A stretch of DNA of 64,000 nt from Gammaproteobacteria bacterium (GTDB lineage Bacteria; Actinomycetota; Acidimicrobiia; Spongiisociales; UBA4744). Positions 18,985 through 30,461 of the stretch are shown piece by piece. The notes beneath the pieces are model-generated. The model was given only the letters and a program-made list of their open reading frames with translations, ran no database searches and was not told the origin of the DNA. Numbering within the stretch: position 1 is the first letter of the stretch; every line of letters starts with the position of its first letter. The stretch covers positions 1,314 to 65,313 of the forward strand of contig JAACED010000002.1 in assembly GCA_011682695.1 (NCBI GenBank), given 5' to 3'. The translations under genes were made by a program, and so were the position numbers.

Positions 18985-20715
18985 ATGACCGATCATCTCA
19001 TCGCGCCCCACGGGGGCACCCTCGTCGACCTGCTCGTCGACGAAGCCCGAGCCACCGAATTGAAGGAAGCGTCCCGCGACTGGCCGTCGTGGGATCTGAC
19101 CGATCGACAGGTTCACGACCTCGAACTCTTGCTGAGCGGCGGCTTCTCACCGCTGCGAGGATTCATGACCCGCGCCGACTACGAACCGGTCCTGGAAACG
19201 ATGCGGCTCGCCGACGGGACCCTGTGGCCGATGCCTATCACCCTGGACGTCACCGAATCTTTCGCAAAAGACCTCGAGACCGGCCACAGGATCGCCCTTC
19301 GAGATTCCGAAGGAGTCATGCTCGCCGTCCTCACCGTCTCGGACGTGTGGACACCTGATAAACACCACAAAGCGGAGGCGGTCTTTGGCACGTCCAACCC
19401 AGAGCATCCGGCCGTCGGCTACCTGTTCAACACTGCGAACCCGGTCTACGTCGGTGGGACGATCGAGGGTGTGCAGCGACCGGTCCACTACGACTTCCGT
19501 CAGCTCCGACTGACCCCCGCCGAAGTGCGAGCCCGGTTCGCCAAGTTGGGTTGGCGCACGGTGGTGGCCTTTCAGACACGCAACCCGATGCATCGTGCCC
19601 ACGTCGAGCTGACCCGTCGCGCCGCACTGGAAGTCGGGGCGAACCTGCTGATCCATCCCGTCGTCGGGATGACCAAACCCGGTGACGTGGACCACTACAC
19701 ACGGGTGCGTGCCTACCAGGCGGTGCTCCAACGCTACCCCCGCCAGACGGCGATGCTGTCCCTGTTGCCGCTGGCGATGCGGATGGGCGGACCCCGCGAG
19801 GCGCTGTGGCACGCCATCATCCGCAAGAACCACGGGGTGACGCATTTCATCGTCGGCCGCGATCACGCCGGCCCGGGATCGGACTCGTCAGGGACTCCGT
19901 TCTACGGACCGTACGACGCCCAGGACCTCCTCAGAGAGCACGAGGCGGAGCTCGGCGTCACAATGGTCCCGTTCAAACTGATGGTGTACCTCGAAGACCA
20001 GGACACCTACATGCCGATCGACGAGGTTCCCGAGGGCGCCCGCACGCTCAGCATCTCCGGAACCGAACTGCGTGAACGCCTTGCCGAAGGTCGTGAGATC
20101 CCCGAGTGGTTCACGTATCCCGAAGTCGTGACCGAGCTGCGTCGCACCCACCCGCCGCGCTCCAAGCAGGGCTTCACCGTGTTCTTCACCGGCCTGTCGG
20201 GATCGGGCAAGTCGACGATCGCGAACGCGTTGCTGGTGAAGCTGTCGGAGATCGGTGGCCGTCCCATCACGCTGCTCGACGGCGACATCGTGCGAAAGAA
20301 CCTGTCGTCGGAACTCGGGTTCTCCAAGGAGCATCGCGACATCAACATCCGCCGGATCGGGTTCGTCGCGTCTGAGATCACCAAGCACCGTGGCATCGCG
20401 ATCTGCGCACCGATCGCCCCGTACGACAAGATCCGCCAGGAGAACCGTGCGGCCATCTCCACGTACGGCGGGTACGTGCTGGTCTACGTCAGCACACCGA
20501 TCGAGGTGTGCGAGCAGCGGGACCGCAAGGGCCTGTACGCGAAGGCCCGAGCCGGGATCATCAAGGAGTTCACCGGCATCTCGGATCCGTACGAGGCGCC
20601 CGATGACGCCGACGTCGTGATCGATGCCGCCACGATGAGCCCTGAAGAGGCAGCAAACCAGATCATCATCGAGCTGGAGAAGCTCGGCTACGTGGATGTC
20701 AACGGAGACAGGTGA
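18985..20715 (+). CDS. sat-cysC: Bifunctional sulfate adenylyltransferase / adenylylsulfate kinase
   Basis: FQTRNPMHRAH and VGRDHAG (Sat); FTGLSGSGKST, DGDIVR and RDRKGLY (CysC). Confidence 0.95.
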   Translation: MTDHLIAPHGGTLVDLLVDEARATELKEASRDWPSWDLTDRQVHDLELLLSGGFSPLRGFMTRADYEPVLETMRLADGTLWPMPITLDVTESFAKDLETGHRIALRDSEGVMLAVLTVSDVWTPDKHHKAEAVFGTSNPEHPAVGYLFNTANPVYVGGTIEGVQRPVHYDFRQLRLTPAEVRARFAKLGWRTVVAFQTRNPMHRAHVELTRRAALEVGANLLIHPVVGMTKPGDVDHYTRVRAYQAVLQRYPRQTAMLSLLPLAMRMGGPREALWHAIIRKNHGVTHFIVGRDHAGPGSDSSGTPFYGPYDAQDLLREHEAELGVTMVPFKLMVYLEDQDTYMPIDEVPEGARTLSISGTELRERLAEGREIPEWFTYPEVVTELRRTHPPRSKQGFTVFFTGLSGSGKSTIANALLVKLSEIGGRPITLLDGDIVRKNLSSELGFSKEHRDINIRRIGFVASEITKHRGIAICAPIAPYDKIRQENRAAISTYGGYVLVYVSTPIEVCEQRDRKGLYAKARAGIIKEFTGISDPYEAPDDADVVIDAATMSPEEAANQIIIELEKLGYVDVNGDR

Positions 20716-20722
20716 GTCCCCA

Positions 20723-21040
20723 CCCCCCTCCCCGTTTCCTCCCCCGGCGAGGGCTCTGGCGAGCGTTGGGGGAGGTGTCGCCCCGGCGGCGGAGGGGGTC
20801 CCGACTACGAGCAACACTCCCCCCTCCCGGCTTCGCCGTACTCCCCCCAACGGTCGCTTCGCTCCCTGGGGGGAGAAACGTTCGTTTCCTCCCCCGGCGA
20901 GGGCTCTGGCGAGCGTTGGGGAAGGTGCCCTCGGGGCTCTGGCCGAGGACGGAGGGGGTCCCGTTTCCTCCCCCGGCGAGGGCTCTGGCGAGCGTTGGGG
21001 GAGGTGCCCTCGGGGCTCTGGCCAAGGACGGAGGGGGTCC
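20723..21040. repeat. REP/BIME-like palindromic repeat cluster, locus 1
   Basis: Three copies of CGTTTCCTCCCCCGGCGAGGGCTCTGGCGAGCGTTGGGG at 20733, 20883 and 20962 (the last two form a 79-bp tandem with 2 mismatches), plus one CCCTCCCGGCTTCGCCGTACTCCCCCCAAC...CTGGGGGGAGAAAC module. Confidence 0.9.
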
Positions 21041-21065
21041 GAGTGATACCCGCGGAGCCGATTGA

Positions 21066-22829
21066 ATGATCTGGCAGGCGTGGTTCACCCTCGGGATCGT
21101 CGTCGCCGTCGTCGTCGTGCTCGTGCGCGACATGCTGCCTCCCGCCGCGGCGGTCGGCTCTGCCACGGTGGCGCTGCTCACCGCCGGGATCATCAGCCCG
21201 ACCGAGGCGCTCTCGGGATTCGCCAATCCCGCTCCGGCGACGATCGCCGCTCTCTACATCGTCGCCGCCGCGGTCGCCAAGACCGGTGTTCTGGCGCCGC
21301 TGGTTCGCACCGTCCTCGGCGACGGTGACCATCCTCACACCGCCCTCGCCCGACTCACCGTGCCCACGACCGCTGCGTCGTCGATCCTGAACAACACGCC
21401 GATCGTTGCGATGCTGGCCCCACAGATCGAACGGTGGGCGGAGGCACGCGGCCAGTCACCGTCGAGGTACCTGATGCCGCTGTCGTTCGCAGCGATCCTC
21501 GGTGGGGTGGTCACGTTGATGGGGACCGCCACGAACATCGTCGTCTCCGGCCTGCTCGAAGCCGACGGGTACGCCCCGCTCGGCTTCTTCGAGATCACCA
21601 AGATCGGCCTGCCCGTGGCCATCGTCGGGATCGCCCTGATCGTCCTCCTTGCACCGAAACTGCTGCCGACCCGGCGGTCCCCCGCCACGGCCGACGATGA
21701 GGAGTTCCGTCAGTTCAACATCACGATGCAGGTGCTCAGCGACCTCGACGGTCTCACCGTCGAGGCAGCCGGCCTGCGTCATCTGCGCGGCGTGTTTCTC
21801 GCCCAGCTCGAACGGGCAGGCGAGCTGGTCACTCCGGTCGGACGCGACACTGTGCTGCACACCGGCGATGTGCTCCGGTTCATCGGCAGGGTCGACCAGG
21901 TCGTCGATCTCGTCGCGGTCCCCGGGCTGACCTCCACCGAGCAGCACCAGATGGCTCGCCTCGACGCAACCGACGTCGCCCACTACGAGGCCGTCATCGG
22001 CATGTCGTCGCCGCTCGTCGGCGCGACGTTGCGGTCGGCCGGGTTCCGGGGCCGCTACCAGGCGGTCGTCACTGCGATCCACCGCGCAGGGCAACGCATC
22101 GACGCGAAACTCGGCGACGTTCTGCTGCGCCCCGGCGACACGCTGCTGGTCGTCGCCGACCACGACTGGGGCCGCCGCTGGCGGGAACGTCCCGACTTTG
22201 CGTTGATCGCACGGCTGGACGCCGCCCCGCCCGTCGCGGGACGACGGGCGCCGCTCACCGGCCTGGTCGTCGCCGCGATGGTTACCGCTGCGGCCACCGG
22301 TGTCGTACCGCTCGTCACCGCGGCGCTGCTCGGAGCAGCAGCTCTGGTGGCGTTGCGGATCGTCACGACGGCCGAGGCGCGCACGGCCGTCGACCTGGAT
22401 GTCATCATCACGATCGCCGCCGCGTTCGGGATCGCCGCAGGGATGCAGACGTCCGGGCTGGCCGACACGGCCGCAACCTGGATGATCGGCACGTTTGGCG
22501 GGTTCGGGCCGGTCGGTGCGCTCGCCGGCATCATCGTGGCGACCGTGATCCTCAAGGAGATCGTGACGAACAATGCGGCTGCGCTGTTGATCCTCCCGGT
22601 GGCGCTGGCCACCGCGACGGGACTCGGGTTGAACCCCCGAGCGTTCGCCCTCGGTGTCGCCGTTGCAGCCGCGACACCGTTCCTCACCCCGATCGGGTAT
22701 CAGACGAACCTGATGGTGTACGGGCCAGGCGGGTACCGGTTCAGTGACTATCTGCGGCTCGGCGTGCCGCTCACCATCGCCGTCGTGGCGATGCTGCTCG
22801 TCGGGATCCCTATCCTCTGGCCATTATGA
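21066..22829 (+). CDS. SLC13-family permease with TrkA-C domains (putative sulfate transporter)
   Basis: LNNTPIV, GTATNIVV, TPIGYQTN motifs; central soluble TrkA-C region; located between sat-cysC and cysQ. Confidence 0.85.
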   Translation: MIWQAWFTLGIVVAVVVVLVRDMLPPAAAVGSATVALLTAGIISPTEALSGFANPAPATIAALYIVAAAVAKTGVLAPLVRTVLGDGDHPHTALARLTVPTTAASSILNNTPIVAMLAPQIERWAEARGQSPSRYLMPLSFAAILGGVVTLMGTATNIVVSGLLEADGYAPLGFFEITKIGLPVAIVGIALIVLLAPKLLPTRRSPATADDEEFRQFNITMQVLSDLDGLTVEAAGLRHLRGVFLAQLERAGELVTPVGRDTVLHTGDVLRFIGRVDQVVDLVAVPGLTSTEQHQMARLDATDVAHYEAVIGMSSPLVGATLRSAGFRGRYQAVVTAIHRAGQRIDAKLGDVLLRPGDTLLVVADHDWGRRWRERPDFALIARLDAAPPVAGRRAPLTGLVVAAMVTAAATGVVPLVTAALLGAAALVALRIVTTAEARTAVDLDVIITIAAAFGIAAGMQTSGLADTAATWMIGTFGGFGPVGALAGIIVATVILKEIVTNNAAALLILPVALATATGLGLNPRAFALGVAVAAATPFLTPIGYQTNLMVYGPGGYRFSDYLRLGVPLTIAVVAMLLVGIPILWPL

Positions 22830-23593
22830 GGCACGACCTGGTCCGCATCGAGAAGGCGCTGCGCCGCGCCGGTGAGACCCTCGACGCGTTCACTGCCGGA
22901 GAGATCGAGTCGGTCCTCAAAGAGGGCGGCGATCCGGTCACCGCGGCGGACCTCGCCGTCAACGAGGTACTCGCCGACATCCTCCCCGAGCAGGGTGATG
23001 GCTGGCTGTCGGAGGAAACGGCCGACGACTCGGCACGGTTGACCTGCCGACGGGTATGGGTCGTCGACCCGCTCGACGGCACGAGAGAGTTCATCGCCGG
23101 CATCCCGGAGTGGTGCGTCTCGATCGGCCTCGTCGAAGACGGGGTGCCGGTCGCCGGAGGAATCTATGTGCCAACGAGTGACCGGCTGATCCTCGGCGCC
23201 GTCGGTGAGGGTGTGACCCTCAACGGAGAGCCGGCACGTATCTCCCCGGTCACAGACATACGCGGAGCACTCGTGCTGGCCTCACGCAGCGAGACGAAGC
23301 GGGGCGAGTGGGATCGGTTCCACACGTCGCCGATCTCGGTACGGAACCTCGGGTCGGTCGCCTACAAGCTCGGTCTCGTCGCCGTGGGATCGGCCGATGC
23401 CACCTGGACGCTCGTGCCGAAGAACGAATGGGACGTCGCTGCCGGTGCGGCGCTGGTCACTGCCGCCGGCGGGGTCGTGTTCGGCATCGACGGCGAACCG
23501 GTGCGGTTCAACCGGCCGAACCCGTTGCTGTCCGGCTTTGTAGCGACCGCACCGGGCATCGAAGGGCCTGTTCGCGAGCTGCTCGGGATTTGA
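22826..23593 (+). CDS. cysQ: 3'(2'),5'-bisphosphate nucleotidase (CysQ/IMPase family)
   Basis: LSEE, DPLDGT, WDVAAG motifs; operon context with sat-cysC. Confidence 0.85.
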   Translation: MRHDLVRIEKALRRAGETLDAFTAGEIESVLKEGGDPVTAADLAVNEVLADILPEQGDGWLSEETADDSARLTCRRVWVVDPLDGTREFIAGIPEWCVSIGLVEDGVPVAGGIYVPTSDRLILGAVGEGVTLNGEPARISPVTDIRGALVLASRSETKRGEWDRFHTSPISVRNLGSVAYKLGLVAVGSADATWTLVPKNEWDVAAGAALVTAAGGVVFGIDGEPVRFNRPNPLLSGFVATAPGIEGPVRELLGI

Positions 23594-23598
23594 AGGCT

Positions 23599-23821
23599 CC
23601 CCTCCCCGTTTCCTCCCCCAGGAGGCCGGAGGCCGACGCTGGGGGAGGTGTCCCGCAGGGACGGAGGGGGTCCTGGGGTCGGGTGTGTACTCGCCTCCCG
23701 GCTTCGCCGTACTCCCCCCAACACTCGCTTCGCTCCCTGGGGGGAGAAACACTCGTTTCCTCCCCCAGCGAGGGCTTTGACGAGCGTTGGGGGAGGTATC
23801 CCGCAGGGACGGAGGGGGTCC
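23599..23821. repeat. REP/BIME-like palindromic repeat cluster, locus 2
   Basis: Two GGGGGAGGT[G/A]TCCCGCAGGGACGGAGGGGGTC modules flanking one CCTCCCGGCTTCGCCGTACTCCCCCCAAC...CTGGGGGGAGAAAC module; lies between convergent cysQ and pepQ. Confidence 0.9.
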
Positions 23822-23846
23822 TGCCGAGTGCTCGGAAAGGAGCCGG

Positions 23847-24928
<1,082 letters not shown>

Positions 24929-24932
<4 letters not shown>

Positions 24933-26599
24933 CGCACACCGACCGGAGTGCCGGCTCTCGCAGCCTCGGTGGCCTCACGGGCGTGGTAGCTGGAACGCAC
25001 CAGCGGCCCGGACTCGACATGGGCCAGCCCGAGCTTCTCGCCGTAGTCCCTGTATTCGGCGAACTCGTCCGGATGAACGTACCGGTGGATCGCACGATGT
25101 TTCGCGCTTGGGCGCAGGTATTGACCGATCGTGACGATGTCGGTGCCGACGGCCCGCAGGTCGGCGAGCGTCCCCAGAATCTCGTCCTTCGTCTCGCCCA
25201 TCCCGACGATGAGTCCCGACTTGACCGAACCGGACGGGCGCATCCACTTGGCCCTCGCCAGCAGGGCGAGCGACCGTCCGTAGTTCGCAGCGGTTCGGAC
25301 GTCTCTTTGGAGTCGCAGCACCGTCTCGGTGTTGTGGTTCAGCACCGCCGGTCCGGCATCCATCACCGTCTGCAGGTCCTTTCTGGAACCCTTGAAGTCG
25401 GGGATCAGCACTTCGACGTCGCATTCGGGGACCCGCCGGTGCACCGCCTCGATGGTTGCGGCGAAGATGCCTGCGCCTCCGTCGTCGAGGTCGTCACGGT
25501 TCACCGAGGTGATCACCGCGTGGCGCAGCCCCATTCGTTCGATCGCCTCTGCGGCACGATCGGGTTCCTCGAGGTCGAGCTCGGTCGGCTTGCCGGTTGC
25601 GACATCGCAGAAACTGCACGCGCGGGTGCAGCGGTCACCGAGGATCATCAGTGTCGACGTCCCCGATTCCCAGCACTCGAAGATGTTCGGGCAGCCGGCG
25701 TCCTCGCAGACCGTGTGGAGCTCGAGATCACGCATCATCGACTTCAACATCGCGTATTCGGCGCCCATGTGGGCCTTCACCCGCATCCAGTCCGGGCGTT
25801 CGGGCTCACCGGGGAGGCGCCCGCCTTTGAGCGTGATCGGGGTGGTTTCGTGCCGGTCGGGTGAGAACGTCCCGGAGGCGAGGAGTTGGTCGACTTCGAA
25901 GGTTCGGGCACGGCCTTGGCCTCGTGTGAATGCGCCGAGCTGTGTTTCGGTGTTCGCATACTCGAACGCCTCGACGAAATGCGGAATGAGGCGCTCGACC
26001 ACCTCTTCGAGGGAGATGTCGGTACCGAGCACGTCCTGCATCGAGACGACGGCCCGCTCGGTGATGCCGCACGGGTTGATGTGGCCGAAGTACGACATGT
26101 CGGTGTTCACGTTCACCGCGAACCCGTGCATCGTCACCCCTTGGGCGACCCTGATGCCGATTGCAGCGACCTTGCCTTCGGTGGTCCAGACTCCGGTGAA
26201 GTCACGTTCGGTCCACGATTCGATCCCGAAATCGGCAAGCGTGGCCATCAGCACGGCTTCGAGGCCGTGCACGTAGGCGGAGACCTTTTTCGTGTCGTCG
26301 AGTGCGACGATCGGATAGCCGACGAGCTGGCCGGGACCGTGGTAGGTGATGTCGCCGCCCCGGTCGATGTCGAACACCTCCGCGTTCAGCTGGGCGAGCC
26401 GTTCGTCCGAGATCAGCATGTTGGCCCGGTCGCCGTGACGTCCGATCGTGTAGACGTGGGGATGTTCGAGCAGCAGCAGGTAGTCGTCAAAGGTGCGGCC
26501 GGTCGTGCGGCCCTCCCAGATGGCCTTCTGCAGGTCCCACGCCTCGGCGTACGGGAGCCGCCCCAGCCAGCGGAGGCGGAGACGAGTGTCAGGTGTCAT
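24929..26599 (-). CDS. lipB-lipA: Fused octanoyltransferase (LipB) - lipoyl synthase (LipA)
   Basis: N-terminal half: LLEHPHVYT, RGGDITYHGPGQ, KVAAIG, HGFAVNV, INPCG (LipB). C-terminal half: CX4CX5C (CEDAGCPNIFEC), CX3CX2C (CTRACSFC), RSSY (LipA). One continuous frame; start is ATG 26599 or GTG 26611. Confidence 0.93.
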
Positions 26600-26683
26600 G
26601 GCTGATGCCACCTACCAGGCACCAAGTACGAAGTACTTCGTATCGCGACCACATCGAACCCGAGACCGCTGGGCGGGTGACGC

Positions 26684-28045
26684 TCACGACAGCTCCTGCT
26701 GCCAATCCCAACTCTGCAGGTTCTCTTTGATCCGGTTGAGGAATTGCACGGCGATCACGCCGTCGAATGCACGGTGATCCCAGGTGAAGCCCAGGTATCC
26801 GATCGGGTGAATGGCGATCATGTCCTGGCCTTCGGCCGAGGTGATCACCGTCGGGCGTTTCACGATCGACTCGGTCGACAGGATCCCGACGTTCGGCAGC
26901 GGCAGGATGGGCGCAGACATGAACGACCCGTACGGCCCCGGGTTCGTGATGCTGAACGTGAAGCCGGCCACGTCGTCGGGATGCAGCCCTCCACCGCGAG
27001 CCTTGTCGGCGAGGTCTCGAATCGCACGGGCCAGGCCGACCAGCCGCAACCCGTCGGCGTCTTTCAGCGACGTGACGATGAGACCCTTGCCCTCGACATT
27101 GACGGCGATGCCGAGATTGATCGCGTTGTGGAACACCGCCTTCTTCTGCTCCAGATAGAACGAAGAGTTGACGACGGGAAACGCCTTGAGCGCGTCGACG
27201 GTCGCCCGGGCGATGAACGGCAGGTAGGTGAGCGAGAAACCTTCCTGCTCTTTGAACGCGGCCCGGTGACGCTGCCGCACCCGTTCGACCGCCTCGTAGT
27301 CGACCTCGACCGATGTCCACACGTGCGCGGCGGTCTGCTTGGCCCGGGTCAAGTTCTCGCCGATGCGGGCCCGCAGCCGGCTCAGGTCGCGCACTTCGTC
27401 GCCGGGAAGGGTGGGCACCTCTGCGGGCGTGGCAGCCGGGCCGGCGGGAGCTGCGACCGGTTCGTGTGCAGGTGCAGGTGGCGTCACGGGTTCGGGAGCA
27501 GTCGCTGGAGCAGGCCGGCGTTCGAGATAGGCGAGCACGTCGTTGCGGGTGATGCGTCCTCCGCGTCCGGTGCCTTGGATCTGGGAGAGATCCAGGTCGT
27601 TCTCCCTGGCGAGTTTCCTCACGACCGGTGAGAGGAAGCGCTGCTCCTCGACTGCCGTCGGCGGCACGGGCGCGCCGGTCGGCGGTGCGGAAACGGGGGC
27701 GGCCGGCGGCTCCGGTGCCGACTCGGCCGCCGGCGCAGGCTCAGGTTCGGGGGCCGCTTCGGGAACGGGTTCGGGGGCCGCTTGAGGCTCCGCAGCGACC
27801 TGTTCACCGGCCTCACCGACCACGACCATCGGCGTGCCCACCTTCACCGTCTCGCCTTCGGGGACGAGGATCGCCAGGATCGTCCCTGCGACCGGGGACG
27901 GGATCTCGGTGTCCACCTTGTCGGTGGAGACTTCGACGAGGACCTCGTCCTCGTGGATCGTGTCACCCACCTTCTTCGGCCAGGAGAGAATCGTTCCCTC
28001 CGTGACCGTCTCACCCAGCTGCGGCATGTTGACCGTCGTGGCCAT
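26684..28045 (-). CDS. dlaT: Dihydrolipoamide acyltransferase E2 (DlaT/SucB type)
   Basis: Lipoyl domain (MPQLGETVTEG, STDKVDTE), Pro/Ala linker, E3-binding domain (SPVVRKLA), catalytic DHRAFDG. Confidence 0.92.
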   Translation of the reverse strand: MATTVNMPQLGETVTEGTILSWPKKVGDTIHEDEVLVEVSTDKVDTEIPSPVAGTILAILVPEGETVKVGTPMVVVGEAGEQVAAEPQAAPEPVPEAAPEPEPAPAAESAPEPPAAPVSAPPTGAPVPPTAVEEQRFLSPVVRKLARENDLDLSQIQGTGRGGRITRNDVLAYLERRPAPATAPEPVTPPAPAHEPVAAPAGPAATPAEVPTLPGDEVRDLSRLRARIGENLTRAKQTAAHVWTSVEVDYEAVERVRQRHRAAFKEQEGFSLTYLPFIARATVDALKAFPVVNSSFYLEQKKAVFHNAINLGIAVNVEGKGLIVTSLKDADGLRLVGLARAIRDLADKARGGGLHPDDVAGFTFSITNPGPYGSFMSAPILPLPNVGILSTESIVKRPTVITSAEGQDMIAIHPIGYLGFTWDHRAFDGVIAVQFLNRIKENLQSWDWQQELS

Positions 28046-28081
28046 CCTCGCTCCTCTCACGTGGCGGCCGGCGCCGCCGGT

Positions 28082-29455
28082 TCAGTGCAGACTTCTCCCG
28101 CTTGCGCTGAGCAGCGTTTCGCCCACCGCTTCGGAAAGTGTCGGATGGGCATGAATGAACGCGGCCGCCTCGGACGGCAGCGCCTCCCAGCCCACTGCGT
28201 ACATCATCTCATGGATCATTTCACCTGCTTGCGGCCCAACGATCGACACTCCCAAGATCGGGCCGCCCTTCTCGGCGACGATCTTCACAATGCCGCGGTT
28301 CTGCCCGATGATTCTTGCGCGGCTCACCGCGGCGAACCCGTGGCTCGTCACCTCGACGTCATAGCCAAGTTGTTTCGCTTTGGCCTCCGAGTAGCCGACC
28401 TCGGCCATCTCGGGGCGCGTGTACACGACGAGCGGAACTGCCCGGTAGTCGACCGGCTGCGTCTCGCCGGTGGCGATGTAGGTGATCGCGGCGATCGCTT
28501 CGGCGAACCCGACGTGGGCGAGCTGCGGGGTTCCTGCAACGATGTCGCCGACCGCGTATATGCCCGGTTCGGCGGTCTGCATCGTCGCCTTGTCGACTTC
28601 GACGAACCCGCGGTCCACCACGGCTTTGGTGTTTTCCAGGCCGATCCCGTCGGTGAGGGGCTTGCGTCCGACGGCGACCAGCACGATGTCGACGTCGACG
28701 GAGTCGTCGCCGAACGGAACCGTCACCCCGGTATCGGTGATCTGCGCGGGTCCGACCTGCACCGACGTGCGGATCTTGACGCCGTGACGCTTGAGGTTGC
28801 GGGTCAGTTCCTTCGATGCATCCGGGTCGGCTCCGGGAACGATCTGGTCCATCATCTCGAACAGGTGCACTTCGCTGCCGACGTCGACGAGCATCGAGGC
28901 GAACTCGCACCCGATCGCCCCGGCGCCGATGATCGCTACCCGCTTGGGCTGTGCTTGCCAGTCGAGGGCGTCGTTGGAGGTGACGATCTTCGTTCCGTCG
29001 AACTCGTACCCGGGAATCGAGCGAGGACCGGATCCGGTGGCGACGATGATGTTGCGGCCTTCGAGAACCTGCTCGCCGTCGGCACCGGCCACCCGCACCT
29101 TGCCGGGAGCGTCGATGCGGCCGAACCCGGAGACGATCTCTGCGCCGCGGGATCGCAGGAGGCCGGCAAGGCCTTTGGTCAGGCCACCGACGATGTCGTT
29201 CTTGCGGGCGTGGGCGGTGCCCCAGTCGAGTGTCGGCTCACCGGCCGTCACGCCAAACGTGGCGGCGTCTTTGACGGTGGTGAAGACTTCGGCGGTGTGG
29301 AGCCAGTGTTTGGCCGGGATGCATCCGCGGTTGAGACAGGTCCCACCGACTTGCTGGTCTTTCTCGACGATGGCGACACTGAGACCGAAATTGTGAGCGT
29401 ATAGCGCGGCCGCGTACCCCCCGGGACCGGCACCGATGATGACGACGTCGTACAA
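28082..29455 (-). CDS. lpdA: Dihydrolipoyl dehydrogenase E3
   Basis: GAGPGGY, GGTCLNRGCIP redox disulfide, GAGAIG, HAHPT.SE; TTG start with a GGAGGA RBS. Confidence 0.95.
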   Translation of the reverse strand: MYDVVIIGAGPGGYAAALYAHNFGLSVAIVEKDQQVGGTCLNRGCIPAKHWLHTAEVFTTVKDAATFGVTAGEPTLDWGTAHARKNDIVGGLTKGLAGLLRSRGAEIVSGFGRIDAPGKVRVAGADGEQVLEGRNIIVATGSGPRSIPGYEFDGTKIVTSNDALDWQAQPKRVAIIGAGAIGCEFASMLVDVGSEVHLFEMMDQIVPGADPDASKELTRNLKRHGVKIRTSVQVGPAQITDTGVTVPFGDDSVDVDIVLVAVGRKPLTDGIGLENTKAVVDRGFVEVDKATMQTAEPGIYAVGDIVAGTPQLAHVGFAEAIAAITYIATGETQPVDYRAVPLVVYTRPEMAEVGYSEAKAKQLGYDVEVTSHGFAAVSRARIIGQNRGIVKIVAEKGGPILGVSIVGPQAGEMIHEMMYAVGWEALPSEAAAFIHAHPTLSEAVGETLLSASGRSLH

Positions 29456-29588
29456 GGAAATCCTCCGTGTGGGAAGCCCGAGGATAGTGCCCTCTGTCGG
29501 GTGCAGTGTCTGCAGGACGGTTTCTCGTCAATGCTGGCAGGACCAGGTACAGCCAGCATTGACGAGAACGGGACTACTGTGCTTGGCC

Positions 29589-30221
29589 GTGGTCCAACTC
29601 CCCTCCTCCAACCACACGATCGACACCCGGAACGGCATCCGTCTCGAGGCACGCTGGGACGAACCGGACGTCGCCACCGGCGTGGTGGTGTTCTGTCACC
29701 CGCACCCGCAGGCCGGCGGCACCATGCACGCACCCCTGATGCATCATGTGACGCATGGACTGGTCGAACGTGGCTTTGCAGTGCTGCGCTTCAACTTCCG
29801 GGGAGTCGGGGCATCAACCGGGACCTGGGACCGGGGAGAGGGCGAGATCGACGACGTTGCCGCCGCCGTGCAGGACGCTCGACAACGCCACGCCGATCTC
29901 CCGCTCGGTCTGGCGGGATGGTCGTTCGGCGCCCTGACTTCGCTTCGCTGGCAGGGACGGTCCGGCGACGACTCCCCCTACGCCGGCATCGCACTGCCGG
30001 TCGGCATGTTCGCCCAGCCGAAACGACTGGCCCCGGCGCCCAGAGTGCTGATCATCGGAGACCGTGACCAGTTCGCCAACGTCGAGGCGACCCGGGCATA
30101 CGCGGACACGATCGGAGCGAAGGTGGAAGTCCTCGAAGGCAGCGACCACTTTTTCACGTTCCGACACGACCGCGTGACCGAGATCGTCGCCCAGACGCTC
30201 ACTCGACAACTCGGGCAGTAG
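29589..30221 (+). CDS. Alpha/beta-fold hydrolase
   Basis: HPHPQAGGTMH, FNFRGVG.S.G, GWSFG nucleophile elbow, GDRDQ, DHFF; start probably GTG 29589. Confidence 0.85.
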   Translation: MVQLPSSNHTIDTRNGIRLEARWDEPDVATGVVVFCHPHPQAGGTMHAPLMHHVTHGLVERGFAVLRFNFRGVGASTGTWDRGEGEIDDVAAAVQDARQRHADLPLGLAGWSFGALTSLRWQGRSGDDSPYAGIALPVGMFAQPKRLAPAPRVLIIGDRDQFANVEATRAYADTIGAKVEVLEGSDHFFTFRHDRVTEIVAQTLTRQLGQ

Positions 30222-30461
30222 AACAGCCTCCCGACGACCAGCCACCATCCGAAGGTGCGACCCACAACGGGCCCATCACGTCGCGCCCTGGTCGATGCAT
30301 CGCACCGGCCCGTCGCGACAAGGGTCGGGCGCCGCTCTCCATCCACTTCACGAAGGTTCACGGCGAGATTCAGCTCTGTGAGTGCTGCCCGGTAATCTCC
30401 CGGCTGTTGGCCGATAAAGAGCCTACCGGCGATGAGCAGAGCGAGACGTGAGGAGGCCACA

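Noticed and set aside
20723-21040. Possible CRISPR array in the repeat clusters (also at 23.6 and 45.7 kb)
   Set aside because: No constant repeat separated by unique spacers of uniform length; units are tandem or mosaic palindromes; no cas genes
30292-30302. Fourth operator candidates (TCGATGCATCG here; CGATATCG near 34545)
   Set aside because: Different half-site spacing and no adjacent TTGAC-N18-TAnnnT promoter
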